From a virus: DNA of 64,000 nucleotides. The position numbers and the translations under genes were made by a program. Location of the stretch: positions 92,384 through 156,383 of IMG/VR virus record IMGVR_UViG_3300020463_002440; one strand, 5' to 3'. Positions 21,399-31,029 of the stretch are shown in pieces (positions within the stretch are counted from its first letter, which is position 1; each line of letters begins with the position of its first letter). The notes under the pieces are model-generated. The model was not told where the DNA came from and did no database searches. It worked only from the letters and a program-made list of their open reading frames with translations.

Positions 21399-24300
21399 TT
21401 ATGTTAATGCGATTCCGCGATAGTCTTTTAGTGTAGGTGCGTTATGAATATTTGGAGATAACATATCAATACGAATAGCAAATCTCTTAAATCCTTCGAA
21501 CACTCCTGAATTACTTGTGTATGTTAATGCGCTGCTTACAAATCCACCTGTCTTATTTGCATTAGCAACTCTATATTTAAATTCTCTGTAATCATTAATA
21601 TTTGAAACAGTAGAGAATACACCTACACCTTCAAATAGTTCAAGCTCAATCCAAGGAATAGAATCGAAGTCATCATTATCATAACCGTTTTGTGGTTTAA
21701 TATAAACTTTAATATCTGTTCCTGTTGGACGATAACCTGTTAATGTTAAATTGAAATCTTCAGCATCTAAACTTTCAGCAAGTTCAATTGTTTTTGAAAC
21801 ATATCTTGCGGTCGTATCTGCACTATTTGTTATTTTATATTGATACGCAATTAACTTAGAAGATTCAATGTCAACAAATGGAGTTGAAGTTACATTACTT
21901 CCATTTTCTAATCCAACATTAATCTTAAATGATTTTGAACCTGATGGGTCATTAGATTTAGAATATACAACAACACCTTCTTCTGAGAAATGATTATTGT
22001 CATTAAATCTCATTGGTTGATTATATGTTATATTAACGTTATCAATTGGTACGAATGTTCCACTCAACGAAGTTTTACTTGTTGAATCATTTGCTTTCAT
22101 AATCATTGGTTGAACATAACTTAAATTAATATTATCAACTGATGCTATATTTGCACTTGAACCAGAATCAAATCCATTCACAAGTGTTGATGCTACGAAT
22201 TGTTTTGATGAACTTACTGATGAACCTTCCAAATGCATTGAGAATGGATCTCTTATATCATAATAAGTTAAAGTACCTGTTACAACTGGTTCATGAGTTG
22301 CTGATCCAGAATCAGCAAATCCCCAAGCAGATGTTAATGTCAATTGACCTCCACTATCAACAGAAGCAATTTTAAATATACCTTTGTTGGCTCCTACTTT
22401 AATAAGTATCTTATCGTCATCGTTGTATATTGCATCAAGTCCTGAACCCGTTACAATTTTGGATCCTTGAGTAACACCCATGCTTGTACTAGGAGATGAA
22501 ACTATTTGATAAATTGTTTCACCTGGAGTAAATCTTCCTGTAAGATTGTTGACTGAAAGGAATTCATTGTCGTTATTTGTTAACGAGACGGAACCAGTTG
22601 AAGAATTAAAGTTATGTCTTCTTAATGTAAATTTAATATCTTCATCTTGATATGATTTCCAAGCCGAGTTGTTAGTTGATGTAAATAGAATACCATCACC
22701 CCAATCCTGAGTAATAGCAGAACCTTGAGTTGAGCCTGGTGTTAAATCAACTCCACCAACTTTAGAAGTATATATTAAGTAATTAGGATCTGATGCATCA
22801 GGTTGAACTACAACCGCATATTCTTTTTCAACATCTAATCTAACAGGTGCTTCAAATTCAAATGTTGTTGCTGATGAAGCATCTTCAGATACACTTACTG
22901 CTGCAGGCAATTTATGTACTGCAGAGAAAGGAATAATTTGATTTGTTGGATAACCGTTTGTTACTTCTCTTATTTGTACTGTTACACCGTTTAGTGCGGA
23001 ACTAGTATTATCGTTTGTCTCTGTTGTTGAAGGCTTACGTTTAAAGTAAACATCAATTTCTGATAGATAAACTGAATTGCTTCCTGCACCCATACCTTTC
23101 TTAATAAAGAATGTTTGTGCAAGTGGATCTCTACCTCGAATACGACGAGCAACATTTCTAACTGTTGTCGTTGTGTTAACATCAAAGTTTGGAGATCTTG
23201 TTGATGTTGTTAATGCCGTCTTTTCAACACTGAAGTTATATGCCCTGTAAGTAACAAATCCTTTTGATGTTGAAGCAGAATCAATACTACTATAAGTATT
23301 TACATCTACAATTTCTAAAATTCTATCGCCGACAAAGAATGTTTCAGGCGGTAAACTAAATATTGCTCTTAATACACCATTTGAATCTGTTGATATGGCA
23401 GTACCTTTATCGCCGTATCTTTCGACATCATCAATTGTATCTGCTGTAATTGATCCTGGAGCAACGTGTGAATTTACATCAACACCATCAAAGAAGAAGT
23501 AATGTCTTTGATTAGGTCTTAGTCCTGACATATAAACTTTGATATCTCTACCTGCCATATAAGGTTCAAATCTAAAGTCAGAAACAAACTCACCAACATT
23601 TTCAACTGTTACTGTACTTCCATCAATTACAACTTCACTTGAGGTTGTTGTTGTCGTTGTTGTTTGATTTCCTGCACCACGCCTTCCTGCTCGACCACGA
23701 TCTCTTTCAAAGATTACCTCTGAGGATACGTCAGTCATAGGAACAAATTCTTGAATTGCATCAATGAACTCTTCAAACGGCTGAGATAGATCTATATCAA
23801 TTGAAGCAGGATTAACTGTTGTATCATAAGCAGCATCATAAGGTGGAGAAATAATTCCATCTCCGACATACTTATAAAAGTTACTTACACAGTTTCTATA
23901 ATTTGAAGCATAAGGTTGAGATATAATATCAACATTACTATTCCTTCCAATTGTTGCTGCCTTTCCTAAACTAGAACTTGGGAAAACAGAAGCACCAGTT
24001 GATGAATCATATTTTAAGTCAAGTGGGAAAGTCTTCAGCGAAGGTTGTAGAATTTTTTTGTTAAATGGAACTGAGGCATTAAATTGTGGATTATCAACCG
24101 CAGCCAATTTTAAATCGTTAAATGGATCTACTACGAATCCATTCTTAAATCTGTTTTGACCGTTTTCATCACGTATAATCAAATTAGCAGTATCGGACTC
24201 TAATTGATTTAATGAAATATAATAAGCCATGTTATCAATCTTCTTCTCTAAAGAATGAAGATCTTTCATTGTATAATTTCTAACACCTGTACTCTTTGGC

Positions 24301-26768
24301 TTAATTGCGTAATCTTTCTTACGAAGAACATCGGATTGTTTCTTAGATAGTGCAGGATAACCGGGAATTTCAACATTAGCAATTGCTACTTCATCTGTTG
24401 AAACCTTAGGCGGTATTGCGTACCTATCTTCGGCTCCTTTTCTTAATGTTATTTCACCGTAAGAATCACAAACAATAGTATCTATTCTTGAAAGATAGAA
24501 TTCTATGTCTGTTGTAATTGCTTGTGATGCAGCAGGTAATAATGGTACTCCGAGATTATTAAAGGCAATCGTATTAGAACCTACAGGAGTTGTAAGTGTT
24601 GGAGCAGAGGCTGCAGAAGCATTATTATAATCTGCACTTGTGTCTTTATTTACATGAGGTCTGAAATCAAAACATTCTCTCAAATTAAATTCACGACCTG
24701 ATGAAGAAACATAAGTTGGAATTTCATATCTCTCTAATGTATTTGGGTAACTATTAATTGTAAAGAAGTATTCGCCTGTACTGTTTGATGCTTCAAATAC
24801 ACTCATTTGTATTGTCAAGACACCATTTCCTGGTTTTGGTCTACCTTCAATGTATTCAATATATGAAAGATCGTAATAAGTATCTTTCTGATTTGTTTTT
24901 AATCTAAAGCTATTTGAATAATCTTCGTCATTTGAATCTACAATACTCAAGATCTTATATACATCAGGAAATCCTAAACTGTATTTAGAAGTTGCTGCTG
25001 TATAATTAACTTTAACATAAGGAGTCCTAATAACTTTATTATAAGGATCAGTTCCACCTGAGGAACCAATTAATCTTTTATTAAAATATACAGTAACAGT
25101 TAGAGATGATGTATCAGCAATATTAATATCTAATTGTGAATTATTTAAACTTGTGGCTTTACTTACGACAGGATGTTGTGTACTTGTTGAATCTACAATA
25201 AGAATATCATTGTTATCGCAATTGAAATCTTCACCAGGATTTGCTGTAAGTGTTATTGTTCCTGAAGTTGAAGTACCTGCTACTTGAGTTCTTACAGGAA
25301 TAAGAGAATCATTAGTATTAAATAAACTATTAAGTCCTGTATCAAAAATTAATGCTCTTTTACTTGCTTCTTGAATTCTAGGTGTTACTGAAACATATCC
25401 ATTACCGTCTGTAATTCTATCAAGTAATGATATATCTGCAGCACCATTCATTCTTACCGCTGATAGATATACTCTCTCATTAGTTAAGTTTGAACAAATA
25501 GCGGTACCTAAGATATTGCTACTTGCATCTTGTAAAGTAACATCAGTGTGATCAAGGTCCAACCTTCCACTGAAACCTGTAATAGGAAGGTAATTGCCGT
25601 AGTCCATTGAAACACTTTGATTTTCAGTTTCTTCAGTACCTGAGATTTGGTCAATGACGAATGAACGTTCGCCTGAGTTTTCAACTCGATATCCTTTAAC
25701 ATAAGCAACTCCTGTTCCTACTAAAACATTTACATCGGATCCACGATCATCAGTACTTAAAGGGAAACTTTGTAAAATATAATTACCTGATTCTTCGTAT
25801 GTTCTTCGAGCCATTTCTTCACCAAGAACATTGAATTGAGAAACGTCTCTTACTGTAATTGCATTACCATTTTGATAACGAATTAAAGTAAAGAAGTCTG
25901 AGTTAGCGGTTGCTGTCGAAGTATCTTGTACTGTGAGAACAGGTTCTAGTTTTAATCTATCTGCACCAGGAGCATTTTCGTTTTTAGAACCATTTGCATT
26001 ATCAAATAGTGTATCGTCTTGTAATGAATTGATTAAGTTTTCATTAACAAGGTATCCTACAGACTTATCATTAGGAACATCAGAATATTTTTCAACAACT
26101 AAACGCTGTTGTTTTGTAAATATGAAATGACCTTTTTGGAATACGATACCAGGAGCGGCTTCAATACCGAATGCTTTACCTACATGCGGTGTTGATATAC
26201 CAGCTGATACTGAGATACCGGTTAGTACTTGTTTAGGATTCAATGCATCAGTTGTTGTACCGACCTTAAATCTATATTTGTTAATAACTAAAGCTTCACC
26301 AGCCTGAAACTGAGTTGCTGATGCGCCTGTATTTAAATAGTTAATATAGAAAGTGTTTAAATCTGGTGGTCTTGTTTGAAATCCGACCGAGGCTTGAACA
26401 ATCGTTGCTCTTAATCCTGAACTTTGTCCAACAAGTTCGTAAACCACATCAAGTTCAACTTCTTGATTTAGAACTGTTTCTGTTGTTGTTCTGCTAATAT
26501 ATGATTCAACATTAAGACCTATTTTGTCATTGATCTTAACATATTGTAAATCATCGAGTTCTGTAAAGTTACAACCTTTGACGATTGAACCTTCTTTGAA
26601 AATATTATCACCAAACGACTCAACCTGATTTTGAAGCATCGTTTGCAGTTGAGTAAGTTCTCTTGCCTGAACAGCGTACCCAGGCTTAAACATAACTCGA
26701 TAGAATTGCTTCTCAACATCGTAGTCATCGAAGTATGGTGCTTGGTTTAAATTTTTATTAATAGGCAT
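21399..26768 (-). CDS. DUF4815/VrlC-like large baseplate-associated virion protein
   Basis: NLNQAPYFDDY...FKPGYAVQARELTQLQ...IFKEGS N-terminus; NAPGADRLK, RRTYEESG, FKNGFVVDPF and DPLAQTF motifs. Confidence 0.85.
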   Translation of the reverse strand: MPINKNLNQAPYFDDYDVEKQFYRVMFKPGYAVQARELTQLQTMLQNQVESFGDNIFKEGSIVKGCNFTELDDLQYVKINDKIGLNVESYISRTTTETVLNQEVELDVVYELVGQSSGLRATIVQASVGFQTRPPDLNTFYINYLNTGASATQFQAGEALVINKYRFKVGTTTDALNPKQVLTGISVSAGISTPHVGKAFGIEAAPGIVFQKGHFIFTKQQRLVVEKYSDVPNDKSVGYLVNENLINSLQDDTLFDNANGSKNENAPGADRLKLEPVLTVQDTSTATANSDFFTLIRYQNGNAITVRDVSQFNVLGEEMARRTYEESGNYILQSFPLSTDDRGSDVNVLVGTGVAYVKGYRVENSGERSFVIDQISGTEETENQSVSMDYGNYLPITGFSGRLDLDHTDVTLQDASSNILGTAICSNLTNERVYLSAVRMNGAADISLLDRITDGNGYVSVTPRIQEASKRALIFDTGLNSLFNTNDSLIPVRTQVAGTSTSGTITLTANPGEDFNCDNNDILIVDSTSTQHPVVSKATSLNNSQLDINIADTSSLTVTVYFNKRLIGSSGGTDPYNKVIRTPYVKVNYTAATSKYSLGFPDVYKILSIVDSNDEDYSNSFRLKTNQKDTYYDLSYIEYIEGRPKPGNGVLTIQMSVFEASNSTGEYFFTINSYPNTLERYEIPTYVSSSGREFNLRECFDFRPHVNKDTSADYNNASAASAPTLTTPVGSNTIAFNNLGVPLLPAASQAITTDIEFYLSRIDTIVCDSYGEITLRKGAEDRYAIPPKVSTDEVAIANVEIPGYPALSKKQSDVLRKKDYAIKPKSTGVRNYTMKDLHSLEKKIDNMAYYISLNQLESDTANLIIRDENGQNRFKNGFVVDPFNDLKLAAVDNPQFNASVPFNKKILQPSLKTFPLDLKYDSSTGASVFPSSSLGKAATIGRNSNVDIISQPYASNYRNCVSNFYKYVGDGIISPPYDAAYDTTVNPASIDIDLSQPFEEFIDAIQEFVPMTDVSSEVIFERDRGRAGRRGAGNQTTTTTTTSSEVVIDGSTVTVENVGEFVSDFRFEPYMAGRDIKVYMSGLRPNQRHYFFFDGVDVNSHVAPGSITADTIDDVERYGDKGTAISTDSNGVLRAIFSLPPETFFVGDRILEIVDVNTYSSIDSASTSKGFVTYRAYNFSVEKTALTTSTRSPNFDVNTTTTVRNVARRIRGRDPLAQTFFIKKGMGAGSNSVYLSEIDVYFKRKPSTTETNDNTSSALNGVTVQIREVTNGYPTNQIIPFSAVHKLPAAVSVSEDASSATTFEFEAPVRLDVEKEYAVVVQPDASDPNYLIYTSKVGGVDLTPGSTQGSAITQDWGDGILFTSTNNSAWKSYQDEDIKFTLRRHNFNSSTGSVSLTNNDNEFLSVNNLTGRFTPGETIYQIVSSPSTSMGVTQGSKIVTGSGLDAIYNDDDKILIKVGANKGIFKIASVDSGGQLTLTSAWGFADSGSATHEPVVTGTLTYYDIRDPFSMHLEGSSVSSSKQFVASTLVNGFDSGSSANIASVDNINLSYVQPMIMKANDSTSKTSLSGTFVPIDNVNITYNQPMRFNDNNHFSEEGVVVYSKSNDPSGSKSFKINVGLENGSNVTSTPFVDIESSKLIAYQYKITNSADTTARYVSKTIELAESLDAEDFNLTLTGYRPTGTDIKVYIKPQNGYDNDDFDSIPWIELELFEGVGVFSTVSNINDYREFKYRVANANKTGGFVSSALTYTSNSGVFEGFKRFAIRIDMLSPNIHNAPTLKDYRGIALT

Positions 26769-26783
26769 CTTTACTTACGTTCC

Positions 26784-28736
26784 TTAAAATTCCAATACAA
26801 ACTTAAATTCCTCTCGGGAGAGGTCGGTTCTTGCGAGTGGGAAGAAGTTTTCCATGAAGTATACTTCGCCCGATCTTTGTATATAGTCTGAGTAAATTAT
26901 ATTATCTGCTACTGGATTATTTATTGTGATTGTCTGTCCTCCTTCTGATCTTATTGTCAAATTAGGATTAAAAGATGTATCTCCATTTCCAGCCAAACCA
27001 TTATTTACATTAGGTCCCATATATTCTGCTAAGTAAACTGTATTTGCGCTTGTATCAATTTCATGTACTTTTGCTGTAAATACTATCTCGTTACTTCCGT
27101 CAATTTGAGTGATTGTACTGTTTGCTGTTAGTTTACCGTAATCGTTTGTTACGATTGCGATTCTGTTATCAAAAACATCAGGTGTAGGTGCAGTGTTTGC
27201 TTGACCACTTCTCCATACTCCATTTCTAGGTGCAGTGTCTACATCTAGAAAATCCGGGCCTCTTATAATGCCAACCGCACCATAAGTATTTACATCACCA
27301 ATTTTTGTATTGTCTTCTGCTGTAATATATCCATACATTGAAAAATGCTTACAACCAAATTCATCAAATATATTATATCCATGTCCGCCTGCTGGTTCAA
27401 TAATAGGTCTTAAGACTGCTCTTACATCAGAGGTTGCATCATCCTCAGGATTAAATCCTACATTTGGATCAACAAGTGTGGATGTTGCATTTCGATATCC
27501 TGTACCACGATTTAGAATTGTAACTTTATTTACTTTTCCATTTGCTATATCAGGAATTGCGATTGCGCCTGTTCCATCTCCAACAATATCTATTCTTGGA
27601 AACAATTTAATATTTGAAGATGCTGAAACCCCAGAAACTTGTAAATCTTTATCTGCTTCAAATGTTCCTCCGCTTGTATAAGCTCCAAATGCAGATCCGT
27701 TAACCGCAGATGATGCAGCCGCATCAGTATATAACTCAAACGTATCAGCGTCTATTCTTTTTGCATAATAGAGTGGAGTACCATCGTTATTGACATCGTT
27801 AATATCTGTCATTCCTAATACATCTTTAAATGTTATTGGCTGATTTACTGCTGAGCTTAATCCATGAGCTGTTGAAGTTATCACAATTGGACTTGCCTGA
27901 GTTGCTCCTTCTACATTACCTTTTGTTGGATTTGATATTTCAGGACTTAAAATAAAATCAGCGTTTGTTGATGTTGGATTATAAGTATAACTTCTTATTT
28001 TGAATAAATTTGAAACATTATTAACATTGTTTGTTACATAAAGATATTGTCCTACATAAGAATCTGGAATTTGAAGCCAATCTGTTTCCTTTGGTGCGAT
28101 TGTCATTGTTGAAGTATTGAAATCAATATTTCTTGTAAAGCCTGTCTTTTCAAAATATCCGTTATTATCCAATGCATTTTCTACTTGAATATCAGACATA
28201 CCGCCACCTACAACTGGAGATGGGGAAGTATAAGCTCTATCAATAGGAATATAACCTAAAGCATTATATGCTTCAAATTCTAATGTTGATAGACGATACA
28301 TATATTTCCATACATAACCATCTGCAGTTTCATAAATCTGATTTAAATTTGCAGCATCATATGTAGGAGGGGATTCAACTGTCCCAGCTCTATTGTTATC
28401 TAGACATTTGTAAATTCTGTAATCACCGGTGTCATTATCATTAGGACCAACTACTGCATAGTATTTAAGTCCGTTTAGATCAATTGTATCATCATATTGA
28501 GAATATACTTGTCCTCTTTGCCAAGGATAGTATCTTATCATAAAATTAATATCGTCGTTATTAATTCTTTTTCCAAATAGTATATTCTCTAAGAATTCGT
28601 TTTGAGACACCGCAGAATCCACAGGATTAAAATTCCCAATTGTAGAGACAATCATATAATAATTCTGATTTGCCTCAGTATCAGTAACAAAGAGTTTATT
28701 TAGATCACTCTTGAAGTTATTTGTTAGAATTTCCAT
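26784..28736 (-). CDS. gp8: Baseplate wedge subunit gp8-like
   Basis: GKRI...W..G.VYSQYDD, YRIYKCLDN, TADGYVWKYMY, GGHG motifs; C-terminal SGEVYFMEN...R...EEFKFVLEF. Confidence 0.85.
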   Translation of the reverse strand: MEILTNNFKSDLNKLFVTDTEANQNYYMIVSTIGNFNPVDSAVSQNEFLENILFGKRINNDDINFMIRYYPWQRGQVYSQYDDTIDLNGLKYYAVVGPNDNDTGDYRIYKCLDNNRAGTVESPPTYDAANLNQIYETADGYVWKYMYRLSTLEFEAYNALGYIPIDRAYTSPSPVVGGGMSDIQVENALDNNGYFEKTGFTRNIDFNTSTMTIAPKETDWLQIPDSYVGQYLYVTNNVNNVSNLFKIRSYTYNPTSTNADFILSPEISNPTKGNVEGATQASPIVITSTAHGLSSAVNQPITFKDVLGMTDINDVNNDGTPLYYAKRIDADTFELYTDAAASSAVNGSAFGAYTSGGTFEADKDLQVSGVSASSNIKLFPRIDIVGDGTGAIAIPDIANGKVNKVTILNRGTGYRNATSTLVDPNVGFNPEDDATSDVRAVLRPIIEPAGGHGYNIFDEFGCKHFSMYGYITAEDNTKIGDVNTYGAVGIIRGPDFLDVDTAPRNGVWRSGQANTAPTPDVFDNRIAIVTNDYGKLTANSTITQIDGSNEIVFTAKVHEIDTSANTVYLAEYMGPNVNNGLAGNGDTSFNPNLTIRSEGGQTITINNPVADNIIYSDYIQRSGEVYFMENFFPLARTDLSREEFKFVLEF

Positions 28737-28785
28737 GTTTCTGCTTTCGCTCTTCTATATTATTAGTTTATTTATTACAAGTTAT

Positions 28786-31026
28786 CTAGGATGAGTACGA
28801 TACCTTTGGTCGAGGCCATGCTCTACCTGATAATGGTCTTCTTCCTTCGCTTGTTTGTTCTGAACCACCTGCGATATATTTACCGCTTCCCATACGTATT
28901 CCCCACGGAATATGTACTCTTAATGGAGGTGTTCCATATAGTTCTGTTAAATCTGCTCCACCGTTTTGATAATCATTATCGGAAATACGATTAACATTAG
29001 ATGATGAATATAATTTTGATGATGCAACATCGCTTGGAGGATAAACGTATGGAGGAGTAGCACGGCTTCCTGCTACATTAGAAAAATCAATACCGTCCAT
29101 TCCTTCACCAATTAAATTTGCCTTTGCGTGCTTTTTCATCAATGCTTTTAAATCTGCTATGCTTGGATATACTCCTCGTTGAGTAAAATACCAATCTAAG
29201 AATACAGTTGCACAACCTGCAGCGACAGGAGCTGCACAACTCGTTCCACTAAAGTATCCCCAATTTCCATCAGAATAAACACCTGCTGGATTGCTTGTCC
29301 AAGTATATGCTCCATAAGCAGCAAAATCAATCTGAGGTCCACGACTACTATAATCATCCATTAATCTATTTGTATCATCTTGTTGGCAAGCGGCAATTGT
29401 TAACTGATTATCTCCACCAGATATTTCCGTTCTTAAAGGATACAGAGTAACTTGAGATGTTTGAGTTGAAGTAGTAAAAACATTTCTGTCGTTAGTGATT
29501 GTATTTGTAACATAATCAGCACCAGCGTCAATTCTTACTGATGTATCAAATCTAGGATCTGATGGACTTGCACCAATATGTGCGTTATTACCTGCACTTG
29601 CAAAATGATATATTCCATTATAACTATTATACTGACCCATAACCGTATCAAAGAAAGAACCTCTTGTTTGGTCAGGTATCGAAATCATCCACTTATCAGT
29701 ACTATCTGCAGGATCATTAATGACCCTTGGAATAATTAAGTTATTAGCAAATGCTCTAAAGTCTCCTAGCCATCGAGTTGTATCTTTTGTGCAAGAAATA
29801 GTACCAGTCATACTTGAATGAAAATCACAAACATAATCATATATGACTGTTGAGTCAGGTAAAGTAAATGTAACAGTGCTTGTTCCTTGGCCTGTTACTC
29901 CTGCGACATTAGAACCGCTTTGTCTGATATATAACGGATGTCCACCTGAAGCTTGATTATTAATAATAACAGTATCACCTGGATGCGCAGTGATTCCTCT
30001 ATTATTAACACCAGCACTTGCATTTGTTCCTTCGTATATTCTATCTTCACCTGAAACAATATATGCAGACGAACCTGTGGCAGTCATTGTAATGTTCCAA
30101 GTTGCTGGTTGAGCATCACCACGATTTATTGTTGTTGAATTACCTTCTGCATCATAAGCTATGATTTGATTTACATCATCAATTTTATAAAACTTTTCGT
30201 GGTCAACGCCAACATAACCCCAAGCACCTGTTACGACCGTTGCATTACGAACTCCTGTGGATGGATTTACCGCTTTACTATTATGCCATTGAAGTACTGC
30301 ATAGTAAGCGTTAGTTGTACCATCAGCCAAATATATAACTCTTAGTGTTGACTTTTTACCCCAACCACAAAACTTACCACCTGCTGCACTTAATACTCCA
30401 ATTGCATGAGATGAGAACCAGTTTGTGTTATTATTTGTTACTTGATTATTTCTTGCGGATGTAACTGCACCATTTTGAGTTGACCAATCCATAGGAACGA
30501 ATTTAGAATTATTAGAATCCCATTCTTCAAAATCAACATGATCTTCATGACCTGCATTTCCTGAGGCAGGACTACCTGCTTCAATCGCAACAATATCTAC
30601 AAACTCTCCAAGGAAATTACTTTTAACTGTATCATCAAATTGATAATCGCCAAAATAACCTATTGGAGGAGATGCGTTTTGTGCAGGATCAAATTCACTT
30701 GTATAAAACATATTCATACCAGTATAATCTGCACCGTTAGAACCGCTTGTTGGATTATATCTTGTTCTATATGTTACTGAAGGACTTTCATATCTTGGTG
30801 TTGAAGTTGGATATGACATTTCCACAGTTGGTCTTTCTGGTAAACATTCTTTAACAAAAGAAACTCCTTGAAGTATTTCTCTTTCAGGATCTGTTAAATT
30901 CATACATATCATACCATCCCAAAGATCGAAGTTATTGAGAACTTCCATTCCTGCTGCTTCGTTTGAAAGAAAGGCAGCTTCATCTGTACCTGGTTCTAGA
31001 ATTACGTTATGAATTCGTTTACTCAT
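28786..31026 (-). CDS. Subtilisin-like (S8) serine peptidase with inserted cupredoxin-like domain
   Basis: SHAIGVLSAAGG (His), FASAGN (oxyanion Asn), FSGTSCAAPVAAG (Ser), YSSRGP; insert HPLYI...YVCDFHSSM. Confidence 0.85.
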   Translation of the reverse strand: MSKRIHNVILEPGTDEAAFLSNEAAGMEVLNNFDLWDGMICMNLTDPEREILQGVSFVKECLPERPTVEMSYPTSTPRYESPSVTYRTRYNPTSGSNGADYTGMNMFYTSEFDPAQNASPPIGYFGDYQFDDTVKSNFLGEFVDIVAIEAGSPASGNAGHEDHVDFEEWDSNNSKFVPMDWSTQNGAVTSARNNQVTNNNTNWFSSHAIGVLSAAGGKFCGWGKKSTLRVIYLADGTTNAYYAVLQWHNSKAVNPSTGVRNATVVTGAWGYVGVDHEKFYKIDDVNQIIAYDAEGNSTTINRGDAQPATWNITMTATGSSAYIVSGEDRIYEGTNASAGVNNRGITAHPGDTVIINNQASGGHPLYIRQSGSNVAGVTGQGTSTVTFTLPDSTVIYDYVCDFHSSMTGTISCTKDTTRWLGDFRAFANNLIIPRVINDPADSTDKWMISIPDQTRGSFFDTVMGQYNSYNGIYHFASAGNNAHIGASPSDPRFDTSVRIDAGADYVTNTITNDRNVFTTSTQTSQVTLYPLRTEISGGDNQLTIAACQQDDTNRLMDDYSSRGPQIDFAAYGAYTWTSNPAGVYSDGNWGYFSGTSCAAPVAAGCATVFLDWYFTQRGVYPSIADLKALMKKHAKANLIGEGMDGIDFSNVAGSRATPPYVYPPSDVASSKLYSSSNVNRISDNDYQNGGADLTELYGTPPLRVHIPWGIRMGSGKYIAGGSEQTSEGRRPLSGRAWPRPKVSYSS

Positions 31027-31029
31027 TTA

